From Dicyema japonicum (Eukaryota > Animalia > Dicyemida), in assembly GCA_011109175.1 (NCBI GenBank), contig RDEW01000005.1:372001-436000 (forward strand): a stretch of DNA of 64,000 nt, given 5' to 3'. Below the pieces are notes generated by a model, which had not been told where the DNA came from, searched no databases, and saw only the letters and a list, made by a program, of their open reading frames with translations. The translations under genes were made by a program, and so were the position numbers. Shown here piece by piece: positions 27,331-40,209 of the stretch. How positions within the stretch are numbered: position 1 is the first letter of the stretch; the number at the start of each line of letters is the position of its first letter.

Positions 27331-27439
27331 CTGGTAAACCACATAACGTCACGCTAAAAAATAATTTGTATTAGTTTGTATATGCGGCGGGATAAAAAGT
27401 TAAAATAATAAATTTCGTATTTAAAAATTATAATTTATA

Positions 27440-27610
27440 ATATAGCCGTTGAGACGTTTGGTTTTCTTGTGCCTGCGACGCTGGTATTCTTGAATCGTCT
27501 AGGGACTCGGATTACTACACGATCAGAAGACCCTCGTGAGCGCTGCTGGTTATTTGAGCGAATCTTGATAGGAAATAGACACGCAGTCAGGACAGCCGCT
27601 ATATGGCATT
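27440..27610 (+). mobile_element. CRE-like element 3' tail
   Basis: IAVETFGFL..FLNRLGTRI..EDPRERCWLFERI. Confidence 0.65.
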
Positions 27611-27676
27611 TACTCTTTTTTCTTTATTTCTTATTTAATAAATAATATTTTATAATAACTATAGAAACACATTATA

Positions 27677-28708
27677 ATGAGAATAGTTGATTCAATATAC
27701 CTGAATAGTCTTGTTTCACATAATTGGGAGGGTGTTGATTACAAACAAGGTTGGCTGCTTGTCAAATGTGCCAATTCACTAAATTACTTTAATATAAAGT
27801 CAAAAAACGATATTTACAAAATTAATCTTAACAACCGTGAATTAATGGAAGTATGTTGATTATTTAATTTTGGCGATATTATTTTCATTAAAGCAGATGG
27901 TCTTCGTCGTTATTTTGTATTGCGATAACTTAGAATTGTACAAACTCCAAAATCAGCAAAACACTCATTCTTTATCCATCAAAAAATACACACGTGGTTT
28001 CATTTGACTTATTTAGGCGATGAGGTTACATATTCCAAGGGATTATTCCAATGGAACGACTCTTTATTTATTGGCTCATCAAATGGGGATATTTTGAAAT
28101 TCGATTATCACAACGATAAACTTGTTTATTCCAAAACTTTAAAAAGTAGGGGTTATTCCAACTTTAGAGCACGTGGGGGTCATTTGTACTTTTGCGGGAA
28201 ACGTAAATTATTTATTAAGTGGAGACGACGAGGGGACAATATCAATATGGGACACTAAACTGAACCTCGAGATGTCAGCCAAATTTGATATGTACAAATA
28301 TTATGAGATATTTTAGTATGATTTTGTCGATTGTAATCTACAAGTCACTCGTGATTTTCGGAGATTTTGATGGGAGGATCCATGTTGGGAAACTACCCTT
28401 CACCGGTCATTCCACATTTACTATCACCGCTCATTCACGCTGCGTCACGTCGCTTGACGTAAATGATGTTTTATTAGGACTTATTGTAATTCAGGGACTC
28501 CTCTTGTCAGTATCAGAAGATGGGTATGCCAAGATATGGATTATCGATGAAGTGGATAATAATGTATTTCTTAAGGAAATTGCAGATAAAATTAAAGTGC
28601 CATTATCAATCGAACTGTGGGTCCTTGCAAGGAGGGAGGTGGGTAGAGTCCAATACAATTTCTATCGTTTCTTATGAACATTCTAATGTTGTTTTAATTG
28701 AATTGTAG
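27677..28708 (+). CDS. WDR54: WD40-repeat protein, WDR54-like (multi-exon)
   Basis: Spliced (22-27-nt introns): LLSGDDEGTISIW, LVIFGDFDGRIHV, ITAHSRCVTSLDV..LLSVSEDGYAKIW, KCHYQ..LQGGRW, collinear with recalled WDR54. The 5' exon boundaries are less certain. Confidence 0.7.
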
Positions 28709-29019
28709 GATTTTTAATTTTTTACAAACCTAATAAAGTGGCTGTTAAGTAGGACCCAACAAATGACGGTCGCTCAGTATCGTAAATAATCTGTATTCAG
28801 CCAAGTCACTTTCTTAGGTCTCGTAGAGCCGTCTCCACATATATGATAAACAACAAAGGAGGGGAGTCTCCTTGAGGAGTACCTATATGCTACTTCTCTT
28901 GATATAGTTCTGCCAATTTGAACTCAGCTTCGTGTTGGATAGAAAGACACATCATTTTTATTGTCTAGAAATCTCTCCACTTTTTGTTACATATGTTTGT
29001 TCGAGGAAGCTGAACGGAA

Positions 29020-29350
29020 GAAGACGCTTATTGAAATTTTTCATCGTAAAAATGGGCATCTTGATTTTGATAGGTTACTTTTTATACCAAAAATCTTGTC
29101 TACGGAATGAAATTATAGTTGTGCTAAGGTCTTGTCCCCAATGTCGGGCAAGACAGCCTACAAACACTCCGCCACTATAGCACCTAACGGAACATATACA
29201 CTGAGAGAAAGGTACTAGTTCTATAATTTAAGATATATTTTTGCTGTAATTATTCAAATGAGAATTAAATTTTTTGGCTTTTGGCTGGGTTGGATTCATT
29301 TTCCGAATTTTGTTGAACCTCTAAAACTAAATCCTCGATGAAAGCGTGTA
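29020..29350 (+). mobile_element. Integrase zinc-binding (H2C2) fragment, Gypsy/Ginger-like
   Basis: FHRKNGHLDFDRL plus frameshifted LRSCPQCRARQP. Confidence 0.45.
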
Positions 29351-29379
29351 ATGAAGAGATTGTCAAACAGTTAGCCGCA

Positions 29380-29945
29380 AGACAATGTCTAGTGTGCCTA
29401 CAGCCAAATACAAATTTGGATAAATGGTTCCTAGCAAACTAAATAGACATTTTACTTCCAAAATTCCTGACTTCCAAAAATCTGTTATTTTATGCAGTTG
29501 AAAAAAACACAAGTATTATTTAGTTTTTACTACGTATTGTAGATCCAGTCAAATGTTGTTTAGTGATACTTTTTGAGCTCAGTGGAATCACTGAGATATT
29601 CATATATGATTTCTGAATAAATAGCAAAAGAACTGAAACCTCATACAATCGGCTAAAACTTGATAATCCTTTTTTGTGTCAGTCAAAACACTTATCTGTT
29701 AAAGAAAATGAAGAACTTGAACTGTTTTATGATTAATTTTTAAAAAATCCTTAAAATTAATGATGATGGAGTCGGATATTGGAGAATTCTGGATATATGC
29801 ACGAAACATATATCCCAGATTATTTATACGTTGCATAATTTGAAATACAACAAACGGGTAAATTTGAAAAAAATTGATGCAGAAATGCAAGTGCCGTTGT
29901 TAACAATTCGACCAAATATTGATGATACGTGCAAAAAATAATAAG
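29380..29945 (+). mobile_element. hAT Buster-like transposase relic, core deleted
   Basis: QCLVCL..MVPSKLNRHF and IAKELKPHTIG (N-terminus) directly followed by GEFWIYARNIYP and KIDAEMQV..IRPNIDD (C-terminus). Confidence 0.65.
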
Positions 29946-30272
29946 TGTATTTATTTTTTAATTATGCTTGTTTTAGTGAATCATGATTCAATTACCAATT
30001 CTCGTTGCATTCTCTAATTTATTATTATTAGCACTTTCACAAAGCATGTGCAGCAAAAAATATAAGAGAAAGAGTTAGCTTGTTCCAAGCTCTTCTGTTC
30101 TTAGCTAGGTCCTTCAGTGTGTCCAGATTGTCACCAGATGCCAATGTTTTCTTCACGGCTTTCAGATCGTTTTATAAAACGGGAGGGTTGTTCTCGGTCT
30201 TCCACGAAAGCGTTTTACATTGGAGGAGTAGTAATCTTCAAATGCGCTATTCGGGGGGTATCGGGTCCAACC

Positions 30273-30720
30273 TCAGGACGTGTCAAAAAGCCTCCAACGA
30301 AAGCTAATAATCTCGTGACTTAATGGAGTACAGTCACACTTATTGTAAAGTCTTTTCCGCGAGATCTTGGATGGCCAGGACATTCCAGTTATGTTTCTTA
30401 GATAATTCCTGTGAAACGAGTCTAGCCTCTCCAATTCCTCTTTTGAGGTGGCCCAGGTCCCAGAGTTGTATAGTAGGATTGGTTTGATAAAAGTGTCGTA
30501 TAACATTATCCTTTTCTGTTTTAGCCATAGGTTTTTCAGCCTGTGTAATGCCGCGTTTGCCATGGTTTTTCTCCGTATGATATCTTCACTATCTCCTAAT
30601 AGGGAACAAAGTTTCTTTCTGTGTCTCCATTTCTCTTCGAGTGAGTTATTCATTCGTCTTATTTCAGTCCGTTGTGTTTTTCTCTGTTCACGATGAGAAA
30701 CCATTTCCCAAGTATATCTG
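30273..30720 (-). mobile_element. RTE LINE C-terminal region
   Basis: KLCSLLGDSEDI.RRK..ANAAL..FIKPILLYNSGTW..LDSFHR..WPSKIS..RWRLF. Confidence 0.85.
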
Positions 30721-31329
30721 GTGCTTTTTCTAGTACATGTTCCAGGAGTTCTTTGTCTTCAGAGATTATGTCGACATCATCTAATTTATTGTTGTCGTTT
30801 TATATTAATAAAATTCTACTCATTAAATAACTAATTTTTGTCCTCACTTTTACGTATCCGAAAAAAATTTAATTTTTTATTTTATGTGTGCGGTGGATTA
30901 TTTTTTACAATTAGCGTACCGCGAGAATTATTTTCTGAAAACCTCTGGTGTAGTGCAATTAGAAGTATTATTCTAATGCTTGGAAAACCGATTATGTTGC
31001 ATAGAAAAAACAGAATAGAATTTATAAGTGAAAAGTGCACGACTTTAGTATTAAACACGTCAAGGGAAATGCAAGATGTTCTTGGGTTCAAGGACAGATC
31101 GAGACTCTGTGTAAGAAGTCATGGTTTTTATACATTCTTGTTAGAAATTTAAATTCTAAGTGATTGACATAATTGGGAAATTCATAATTTACCATTAATT
31201 CGTTTATTGGTGAATTATGAATTACGCATATTTTTCTTATAGAGATTAGGTTAGAGGAAAAGGATTAGGCGACTACCTAAAATTTGGCAATTTATATGAC
31301 TACTCTTAACAAGCAGTTTAGAATTTATC

Positions 31330-31600
31330 TCTTATCTTGTCCAATAAAGTCGTGTCCGACCCTTAGAGATCTCATGAACGAGTTTCCTCCACTCCCCGAT
31401 CCGTTGCAATTTGGAGTAGCCTTGATATAGGCATTCCCGTGACAGTTTCCACCGTGGATAGCCACCGAGTCCTTGGTCGGCCAGGTCTTCTCTTCCCAGT
31501 AATATTGCTCAGCATAATGGTTCTTTCCAGTGAATCAGAGCGTACAACATGCCCAAAGAACGCCAATCTGTGTTTTACGATTCTTCCTTCTAGCGAAATT
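31330..31600 (-). mobile_element. RTE-BovB-like LINE 3' tail
   Basis: FFGHVVRSDSLERTIML..GKRRPGRPRTRWL..LLQIATDR and terminal gggtcggacacgact. Confidence 0.8.
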
Positions 31601-31669
31601 TCAGTCTCTTAATTGATACAATAATTAATCAGGAGTATGTCAATTTTCCATTGAAGTTTTAAATTTTTG

Positions 31670-31760
31670 TTTGGAGGCAAGTTCTGGAATGCTGGAACGA
31701 GTCAGTAGTTAGTTAGTTTGGTTACCCTTGGTCTTTGGAATAATTTTAATTTAATAATAA
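31670..31760 (+). repeat. Short LINE 3'-UTR tail (family shared with 40210-40430 and 40990-41140)
   Basis: ttagtttggtt....ttggtctttggaa.aatttta motif. Confidence 0.55.
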
Positions 31761-32185
31761 TTATTCAATGATTAGTAAAAAGTTGTGTAACACTCCGAGT
31801 TTTACTGTAATTAGAAATTATTAGTAAAATAAGAAATTAAAAGGATTTTCAGCTTTCGACTAGGGGTTTTGCTCAATGTCTCCGCAGAGGATCACTGGAA
31901 ACGTAAGCTTGCTGCTCTTCCCATAGCCAATACCAGGTAACCCAATAAATAGTGGCTTTCTCCACGAGCAAGATTTATTTTATTTACGAGCAAGATACCC
32001 ATTAAATTAAAATTATTTAATTTATTTTAGACAATACAATAAAAAACATTACTAAAATAACTAAAATAAATTTAAAATTAAAATAATTTTTATTTATGCA
32101 TTAAAATAAAATTTTTGAATATTTGCAGTTCAGTGTGTTTGCTCTGTAGTTTATCAATTTATTTTAATATCAGGTGATTGATAAA

Positions 32186-33831
32186 ATGGAAAATAAATTC
32201 GATGAGCGTGTACTTCCTAATGAAGTTCCCTTTGATCTACCAGCTGATAAAAGACATCCAATGACAAACCGTCTCTCATATATAAAGAAAAACATCCTTC
32301 CAGCCGTTATTAAGCAGAGCGTTTCCTGGCCTTTTCGTAAACCCGTGGACTTTGAAGGCCTCAAACTATTTGTAAATTGATGAAAACCCACTTTAGGATT
32401 ATCCGTCTGTTATCAAGAAACCGATGGACTTGTCCACTATTTCAAAGAGACTCAATCATGGATGGTATAAATCGGCCTCCGAATTGATTTCAGACTTTGA
32501 TCTGATGGTGGCAAACTGCCTCAGTTACAACCGTCCTCAAGAAGTGAGCATAATTCTTATTTTCTAGGATGTCTCCCAAATGGCAGAGTCGCTGAAAAAA
32601 TTCTTTTACGAGAAACTTAAAAAACTTCCTGCTGAGGTTACTTGTTTGAATATTGGCAGGAAAATGTCATCGGGGACTCCAAAAGGAGGGACTCTATCAA
32701 ATTGAAGCCAGTGGATGGTGTCCCGGAGAAACAAGCTCCTGTATAATTAGCTGAATTGAAGGTAAAGAGGTCGAGGTTTGGTCTCTCACTACAGAAAAGA
32801 TGTTTCCAGATTGTGTGTGATTTCTTTGATCCAAAATACGTGGTTTACCCCCGAGTTTATTATTCTAGGAATTTGCGGAGCCATTCTACCACCCAGTGGA
32901 TACTATTATGTTCCCGGACTACCTTAACTTGATCTCTGACCCGATGGATCTCAGTCAGATCAAACGTAACGTGGAAATGCTGAAATATCAGTCATTCATG
33001 GACTTTGCCTACGACATGAAGCTTATTTTCAGCAATTGCTACATTTATAACGTCGCAGGGTCAGATATTTACACTCAAGCCAACCGACTGCAGGTATTGG
33101 GGTTGTTTTAGGCAGAATTTGTATGAAGAGATCATCAGCGAGACGAGTCAGCATTATCGATCGGAGGAGAATATCACTTCTCTGATCAAAGTTTTGGAGG
33201 AAAAGATAAAGATGCTGGAGGATGAAATTTCTACGGCGGTGGTAAATAGTCCGAAAGAGGCTGTCCGTCACCACCAGTCAGAATTGGAAGAGGAAAATTC
33301 GAGATTCCAGCGAAGTGACAACCAGGAAAGCGACGATGATTATACTTACTCGTATCAAGACAGAAGAAGGATCAGTCTCATGGTGTCTGGAAAACTGCCG
33401 AGTAGTTATTTCCTACATGCTTAGGCGATGAATTGGTAAAAGTGGCTGAAATGTGTAATGGGAAGAACGCTCTCGATGGGAGATGTGTTGGAGACGAAGT
33501 CATCATTGATTTTGATCAAATAAAAAATTCGACCTTGAGAAAAATTGAAAAATACGTTGAGAATTACGTGAAGAATAATGATTACAGTTTTTGTGATTTT
33601 TATTCCAGAAAATTGTAGACCCTCTAGAATGGAAGAATCGGGGCAGGATGTGCAAGACCATAAGAATTCGAAGACTCCTTCTAAGCGGCAAAGTTATTTG
33701 TGCTTATTATTTGAGAAATTGAAAATCCTCAATCTGGGGGTAAGTCTCATTTTCAGATTAATCTGTCGGATGAGTCGTCTTATACTTCCTATCTGGAGTC
33801 CGATTCCGACAATATGATGGGGCTTGGATGA
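32186..33831 (+). CDS. BET-family protein (two bromodomains plus ET domain), 10 exons, about 477 aa
   Basis: Nine introns of 25, 24, 23, 21, 29, 22, 23, 22 and 23 nt give a 1434-nt frame: BD1 WPFRKPVD..DYPSVIKKPMDL..CLSYN, BD2 PFYHPVD..PMDL..CYIYN, ET YSYQDRRRISL..EVIIDFDQIKNSTLRKIEKYV. Confidence 0.92.
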
Positions 33832-34159
33832 TCTTTTCTTGTTTACATTATTTGTTGTTATAAACTTTAAATATCTTGTTTATTTTCTTATAATGGTTAC
33901 ACTAAGGTTTCACAAACCTTTTTAGTTATTAACCCCAAGGAGAAGGTAGGGAGATCCTTTCCAAAAATTATGTCGTTATAGAAGACGCGGGTAGAATCTG
34001 TTAAGGAGAATTGACCTTTGCTGAAAATGATGGGATATTTTGTACCCTAACTCATTCACAAAATTTAAATAATAGTGTCTCCATTTTTATTGAGAAAACC
34101 GGGGAGGGAGATGGTTGATTGAGAGCGGATTTTAAATCTCTGAGAGTAGTTTTGTTATT

Positions 34160-35420
34160 TATAGTTGATTCTATAATATTCACCACACAAATCTTTTGTG
34201 GTGTAGTGCATCTGTTGTGAACAAACAATTTGAAACATATTCTACGGGCCTTCCTGCTGACATGGAAACTGAAAACACGGACGAAACAGGATGTTTGGCT
34301 CGGGAACTGCATAATGTCCAGGAGATTACTTCGAATGCTGCTTTTAGCACAAAACTGCAAGCTCTGAAACCCATGGTTGATGCTGTAGATCACTCTGACA
34401 AAGTAGAGTGGGCCAGCGAGGTTGTCAGACTTTCTCGTTAGAGATTTAATCGTATTCCGAGGAATTGATGGTCTATTATAACGGATTCTTTCAATGAAAA
34501 GTTTGGGACCTCAAAGTCTATCTCCGATATCAAAACACTCTCAAGGGTGCCCTGTGCATCGAATTCTATCAAGAGTGATTCTAGTGGAGCTCTCTCACAG
34601 AATTATGAAATATCCAATTTAAAAAATTGTTTTGAAGAATTTAATTTCCAAATTGAAGAGTTCAAAATCTTCTTCGAACTAATCGGCTTGCTACTAAGAA
34701 GATTCTTTTGAAACTTTTGGATAAAAAGCTACTATATAGAATGAATCAGTTAAAAAACATTTGAAATCCTATCCTCATAAGAACTTGGATGAAATTAGAG
34801 ATATTATTTATACAGGTTGAATTCCCTATGAAAATATATAAATTGTGCTCGTGCGAGTAGCAATTTTGTTAAAAGTACATCTTAAAAATTGAAACATTAA
34901 AAACAAATATGTTTTGGTAAATGATTTTCCTAATATGACTACAAAAAGTGCAGAGTGGAAAAAAATTCTCGACGCCTTATGTTCATGTGGCTATAAAAAG
35001 GTTGGAATCACTTTTCAGGAGATGCTGAAGGTGTCTGAGGTAGAAAAACTTAATAAATACGACCTCCTCGCTCGAGAGTTGTCTCAACTATACAATGCGA
35101 AAGTTAAAATTATTCCTACTGTTTTGACTTGGGAGGGAATTGTAAGTTCTACAAGTCATATAAGGCATGGATGTGGATATAATTCCGAGGGCATATATTC
35201 AATCTATTGTGTAAAGAAAACTCTTGAAAGCATGTTAGTGGAGCACCGACATGGGATGAACTTTCAAGAGAGTGATGTTAGTGAGGTCAATCATTTCCTA
35301 CAACGAAAGTCTCTACAACAAGTTGAAGATGACGGAATCGTGCTGGAGTGAAGATCAGATTGGTGATGGTGACCAAGAGATTGCAGTTAGAGAGCTAAGG
35401 AATGGCTCAAAACGAAAGAG
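34160..35420 (+). mobile_element. R4/Dong-like element with the RT deleted (5' Myb-like region plus 3' REL tail)
   Basis: GLPA..EWASEV..RFNRIPRN.WSII..FNEKF aligns to 47757-48127; EKLNKYDLLARELS..KKTLESMLVEHRHGM aligns to 50850-51080. Confidence 0.7.
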
Positions 35421-35778
35421 AATAAATTAATACAGCCAATTAATTTTAAATAGTTTAATTCTGACTTTTGGTTTATTTGTTCACTACTGACTAGAATAAT
35501 TATTTGATGACCGCATCCATACTATTGTTCATTGTGTGTGGTTTTGGGGTAATATTTTATTTACTTCATGTACTCTGAAATTGTAATTAGTCTGCGAACT
35601 TTTAAACCAAAAATATGCCAATGTATGGAAACAGAAGATCTCTGAGGTATTGTGCAATTAACTACATTTAATTATTTATATTTATAACTTTAAATTATAA
35701 TCATAATAAAATTTAAATGATAAATAGAAAAATTTATTGATAAAATTCCGCAAATTTGGCAAATCGCTTTCAATCCTC

Positions 35779-36989
35779 ATGAAACTCACAAGTTTGATTA
35801 TTTACTACGCAAATTCTCAGTTTATTTGTAAATTTTAGAGTCAGGCGGTAATTGTTTGCCTCACCTCGAGAGCATCACTATATTACCGAGTGCGAGCAAC
35901 CGTGATGACCTTAAAAAGTGTATAATCATTGACAAAAAACGTCCACCAAATAATAAGGAAAGCACCCCAGGTACTTGGGTTTATATTCGGTGACTATCGA
36001 TGGGAGTGAGATCTTGGATGAAAATGTCCAGAGGGTAATTCCGACTACCCAAACCACCTCAATATATTGTCGAATTCTCCAAAGCTTACTTTTATTGAAG
36101 TGCTTCTCATTCGGTATAAAGTTGAAATATTAAGTTAACATATTTGGTAAATTCAGAAGAAATAAACGGCACGAGTATATTTTTGACCCCCACAAATATA
36201 TTCGTTCTAAAGTCAACCCAGTAAGTGCCGAAAATAACATTTCAGAAAATCCCACATATAATCGAACTCTTCGTTGACTACATAGAGTCATACTTTTTAC
36301 AGGTGGAGGGAGTATATAGAGTCCCCGGGAGTCAAAAGGATATAAACAACCAGATCTTTATGCTAAATAAAGTTTAAGTCTGCTAATATAGAACCCTTCA
36401 AAGTGGGAGTTCGAACCAGCTCTGTGGAACAACGGAATTTTCGTGACAAGCCTCTTCCAATGTATTTTAAAAAGTTTCTCTCCATATTTTCGACTCAAAA
36501 GTATTGTGGGGGATATAATAGGGTAGATATAATTTCAGAAATACTGAAGGTTTACCGCCGCATCCCCCAACGTGTAATATTCTTTTTTTGTGCCGCAATT
36601 AAAAAGAACGAGTCGTTTTCAGTTAACTTACTCCTCTATTTTGTGAACCACCTGTCGAAAATCGATGAAAACGCCAAGTTAAATAAGATAACTTTGAAGT
36701 CTCTGGGAATCGGGTTTCCCCCAATTCTGTTTAATTGTGAATTTCCCAAAACTTTCGACCAAGAATTTGCTTCACAGATTAAAGATTTGTGTGAAATATC
36801 GTCGATTATAATAGATAATTTCAACGAGGTTTTATAATTTATGATTTTCAGATTCAACTACACTTCGGGTGGAAATGCGACAGAGGGGACCAGAAAGACT
36901 ATTTGGAAAAGACGGAGATGCTGAGAGAACGCATAATGCCCCAAATAATGGATATAGAGGTTACTAAACCAGCTGTCTTTGACTTTTAA
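35779..36989 (+). CDS. RhoGAP domain-containing protein (multi-exon; start uncertain)
   Basis: KIPHIIELFVDYIE..VEGVYRVPG (arginine finger) and LLYFVNHLSKIDENAKLNKITLKSLGIGFPPILF; 23-25-nt introns. Confidence 0.7.
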
Positions 36990-37059
36990 ACCACATTATA
37001 TGCCCACGTTTGTGAACACGTGGTTTGACTTAAGATTTTAATCTCTTCTTTAAGCATCT

Positions 37060-37460
37060 CACTGTATTTGTGTTTACCAGTTGTTGCTGGGCAGAAATTA
37101 AGTAACAACAATTTATTCCAAACATTGAACCATCCATCTCTTACGCATGTGATATCTGGGGAAAATTCATCTCTTGGACAAATCTCTTGAAGATCGAGGC
37201 TAGCAGAAAAAGAGCCTCCAAAACCACGGAACGCTTGATTTCTGGAGAGTTCCAGCCACCAATGCCTCTTGAATCCATGATAAGCATGAACCGTGGACGT
37301 GCTGTCATGACTGCGAAGATCCAGTCACTCGGCCGATACGTGCTTGTGTGGGGTCAAGGGAGGAGCATGGGGCCAAGATGAGGTCCTTGCTAGAGCGTGC
37401 TGGGATCACATGATTAGTTAGTTTGTGTATCCTTGGTTTCTGGTGTTATTATTAGCCTGT
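37060..37460 (+). mobile_element. 5'-truncated jockey/I-like LINE tail
   Basis: IEPSISYACDIWG..TNLLKIE; ends MRSLLERAGIT-stop followed by ttagttagtttg. Confidence 0.65.
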
Positions 37461-38199
37461 CTTCACTATTTTTGGTGACTACATTTCAATCTGTTAAGAC
37501 CTACATCTGTCGTGTCTAAATAAATACTCTCCTTTGTATAGCACTTCTGCCTCGTAATACTCTTCTCAACTTAGACAGAACTCACTTTATTTATGAGATT
37601 ATGCTAATTAATCCAAGGTGTTGAAGGTGTTCTTAACTTTTTATTCTTTTAGCTCAAGTGTGAATCCCTGAGACAATCCGATTCCGTTGTGATGAATCAC
37701 TGATGACTACGTCATTCGTTAATCCAACATTACGTCGACCATATTCACCATTGTGGGAAACCCTCCAGTAGAGTAAGGAAAAGGGAAGCGAAATTGGATC
37801 CATCTGACTTTGAGACGCCCATTTCCAAATAGAATCCCCCTCTTCTTTATTCCACTAAAGGGTTTCGACCAACTGGATCCAATGAAGCCTCTAAGAATCG
37901 AAAAAGGCAAAAAGCCAATAATTTTTGCGAAGCATGTGTTATCGCTAACCGTCAAAGGTTTCAACAGTGCCCTCAGTATCCTCGCTTGAACCTATACAAG
38001 GACTTACTGGAGAAAGAACTGTTCGATAAAATAGACACCCTGCATTATTTATAAGTATTATTGATGGGTTTTTTTAGGAAATCCACATTTCCGTCACTCT
38101 GTATGTTCTTTTTTACGCGGTCGCGATCTCCCAATAGATGAATGGTCCCCGGTTAGCATATGGATAGTTCTACCTACTTCTTTTATATAGACAGGATTG

Positions 38200-38500
38200 G
38201 ATCACGTTTTCAAAAAACTGGGAAAACACATGTGCATGTCGAACGAGAGTACGGGATGTTCTGGTGGGATTTCTTTAACTTTACCGTCCGTCAGCTTGGT
38301 TTACTGCCAGGAATGAATGACGTATTGACTGATTTCTCAAGGCTCTTTTAACCAAATGTTAAAACGGGAATTGCTCTTTTAACCAAATGTTAAACGACAA
38401 TCTTGATGTGGCAACCTAAAAATCCAGATCTAGTGAGGCCGGGAATATGTCATCTACATAATTTTTCAGGGGATCGTTTTCAGTGGAATATTGGCCGTGA
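38200..38500 (+). mobile_element. Possible CRE-like REL remnant containing a 31-bp tandem duplication
   Basis: HVEREYG..QLGLLPG..VLTDFS weakly resembles the CRE REL region; gctcttttaaccaaatgttaaa occurs at 38342 and 38373. Confidence 0.3.
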
Positions 38501-39156
38501 CCTCGTCTAATAAAAATTTGCGTTATTTATTTTTTTATTTTAAAACCAAGAATCACCAACAGATTAGGAGGGAATGCAGGGCCGTCACGTGATTCCGGCC
38601 TTCTTAAGCAGTCATCTCACCATTGTTCTGTGTTCGTCCCGAGATCCGAAGCACTTCCAGGATGCACCGTTATTTTTGGGAACCTTGGAGGTGTCAATAT
38701 GTTCCTGTCTTCCACACAAGTGATTTATAAGGAGTTAATTTAATTTATTAACTCCGGATACACCGAGAAAGAAGTTAAAGTAAACAACTAATTAAGTGTA
38801 TCCATTTCCACTTATACAGAAACAGAGTCTATCCGGAATCAACATAAAGGGTAAGACGTCCATACTTGCAGTTGTGGAAACCCCTCCAGTGGAGTGGAGG
38901 ATAGCAAATGATCCTTCTTCGTGCCGGCCTGGCACTGGGCGCCAGCTAGACAGGTGGATCACATGACGCCACTCTAATAGGAAGAGAGAGGAGGAACAGA
39001 CGAACAAACAGAAACTTCACCAATTAGCCACGAAGCACCAATAAAAATTTGAGATTTTTATTAGTTTTAATTTAAAATTCAATTTATTATTTTAATTAAA
39101 TAATTCGGAAAACCTTGTATTCAAAATTTAAATTATCATAAGAACTTTGTTGTTGT

Positions 39157-40171
39157 ATGTCATCCGAACTGACTTGTGATGAAAACAATCTTTATGACCG
39201 GCAAATTCGTTTGTGGGGACAAACTGGACAGCTTCTGTACATAGAATATATGAAAGTTTTAGCTTAAAGAAATCCACAGTACTGCTAATTGGTTTTAACG
39301 GTACCGCCTTCGAATCTACAAAAAATCTCATTCTTGCGGGAATAAAATCCATTTTCATTTACGACAAAAATTTTTCAAAAGTATTTAATATTCAAAATCT
39401 AAGGATGACCGTGAATATCTACTGGACTGAACAAAAATGTCTCCGTCACTCCAATCTACGTTGATAAAACGGAATTTGAGGATTTTGTGGAAAATATGAT
39501 TCCCCGACCTGATCTGATTTGCTTAATGGACAGTGATATTGCCAAGTGCTCGGAAATCAACGCCTTCACACGTAAAATTGGAGTCAATTTCATTTGCGGA
39601 GACGTCTTCGGGTCTTTCGCATATTTCTTTGTTGATTTGGGGGACGTTTCAGGTTTGTTGTTTATCCATCAGCTTAGAGTTGAAAATAAGGTAATTTGAC
39701 TGTAAAAGCCATTAGAGTGGTGAATTTTTACAGCTGACTGGGGATCTATTGGAAAGCGTATTTTCCCAGCGGATATCCCTTAGAAAGTGGAAGTACGTCC
39801 GTGTGTTGTACTACTTGCTTGGTGTGGGTTTGAAATAATCGTAGTTGCTAACAAATTGGCTAACCTGGGTCCTGATAGAGACGTGGAGTCAGATTATAAC
39901 AAAATATGTGAAGGTTTCCCCAATTTGTCGCAAGAACAGAAAGAATTCGGTTGGTATAGGTTTTTTGGGAGTTATTGTTAAGGTTTTCCAGAGGATCCCT
40001 CAACCCTATCTGCGCCGTCCTGGGTGGTTTGATGACTCATAAAATTTGTGAGGTATAGTTTGTGTTATTCAGATTCTGCAAAATACTATTCAGGGATATG
40101 AAAATTTGTTCTTGTATGACGCTTTCGAGTCTCTGGGTGTTATTAGGCACGTGTCACCATCTGGAATATAG
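39157..40171 (+). CDS. SAE1: SUMO-activating enzyme subunit 1 (AOS1/SAE1), multi-exon; appears to need a 1-nt correction near 39404-39424
   Basis: LYDRQIRLWG, VLLIGFNG..E.TKNLILAGIK, FICGDVFGSFAYFFVDLG, PICAVLGGL..ENLFLYD; 20-29-nt introns. Confidence 0.8.
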
Positions 40172-40209
40172 ATATTTAATAAATTTGGTTGTTCTGGATT
40201 ATGAGTGTT

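Noticed and set aside
30838-31152. 104-aa plus-strand ORF as a gene
   Set aside because: Starts at TTG, has no recognisable motif and no supporting splice structure; left unannotated.
33739-33756. Possible 17-nt intron gtaagtctcattttcag in the BET gene
   Set aside because: The frame is open and sensible without splicing (GGKSHFQINL); removing it is unnecessary.
34196-34441. 81-aa ORF as a host gene next to BET
   Set aside because: It aligns with the 5' region of the R4-like element at 47757-48127, so it is a TE relic.
6540-37330. Recurrent DSRG peptide (6560, 16660, reverse of 37280) as an SGNH esterase ORF1 motif
   Set aside because: At 6560 and 37280 it is the antisense reading of the same LINE tail (PLESMI); the third occurrence looks coincidental.
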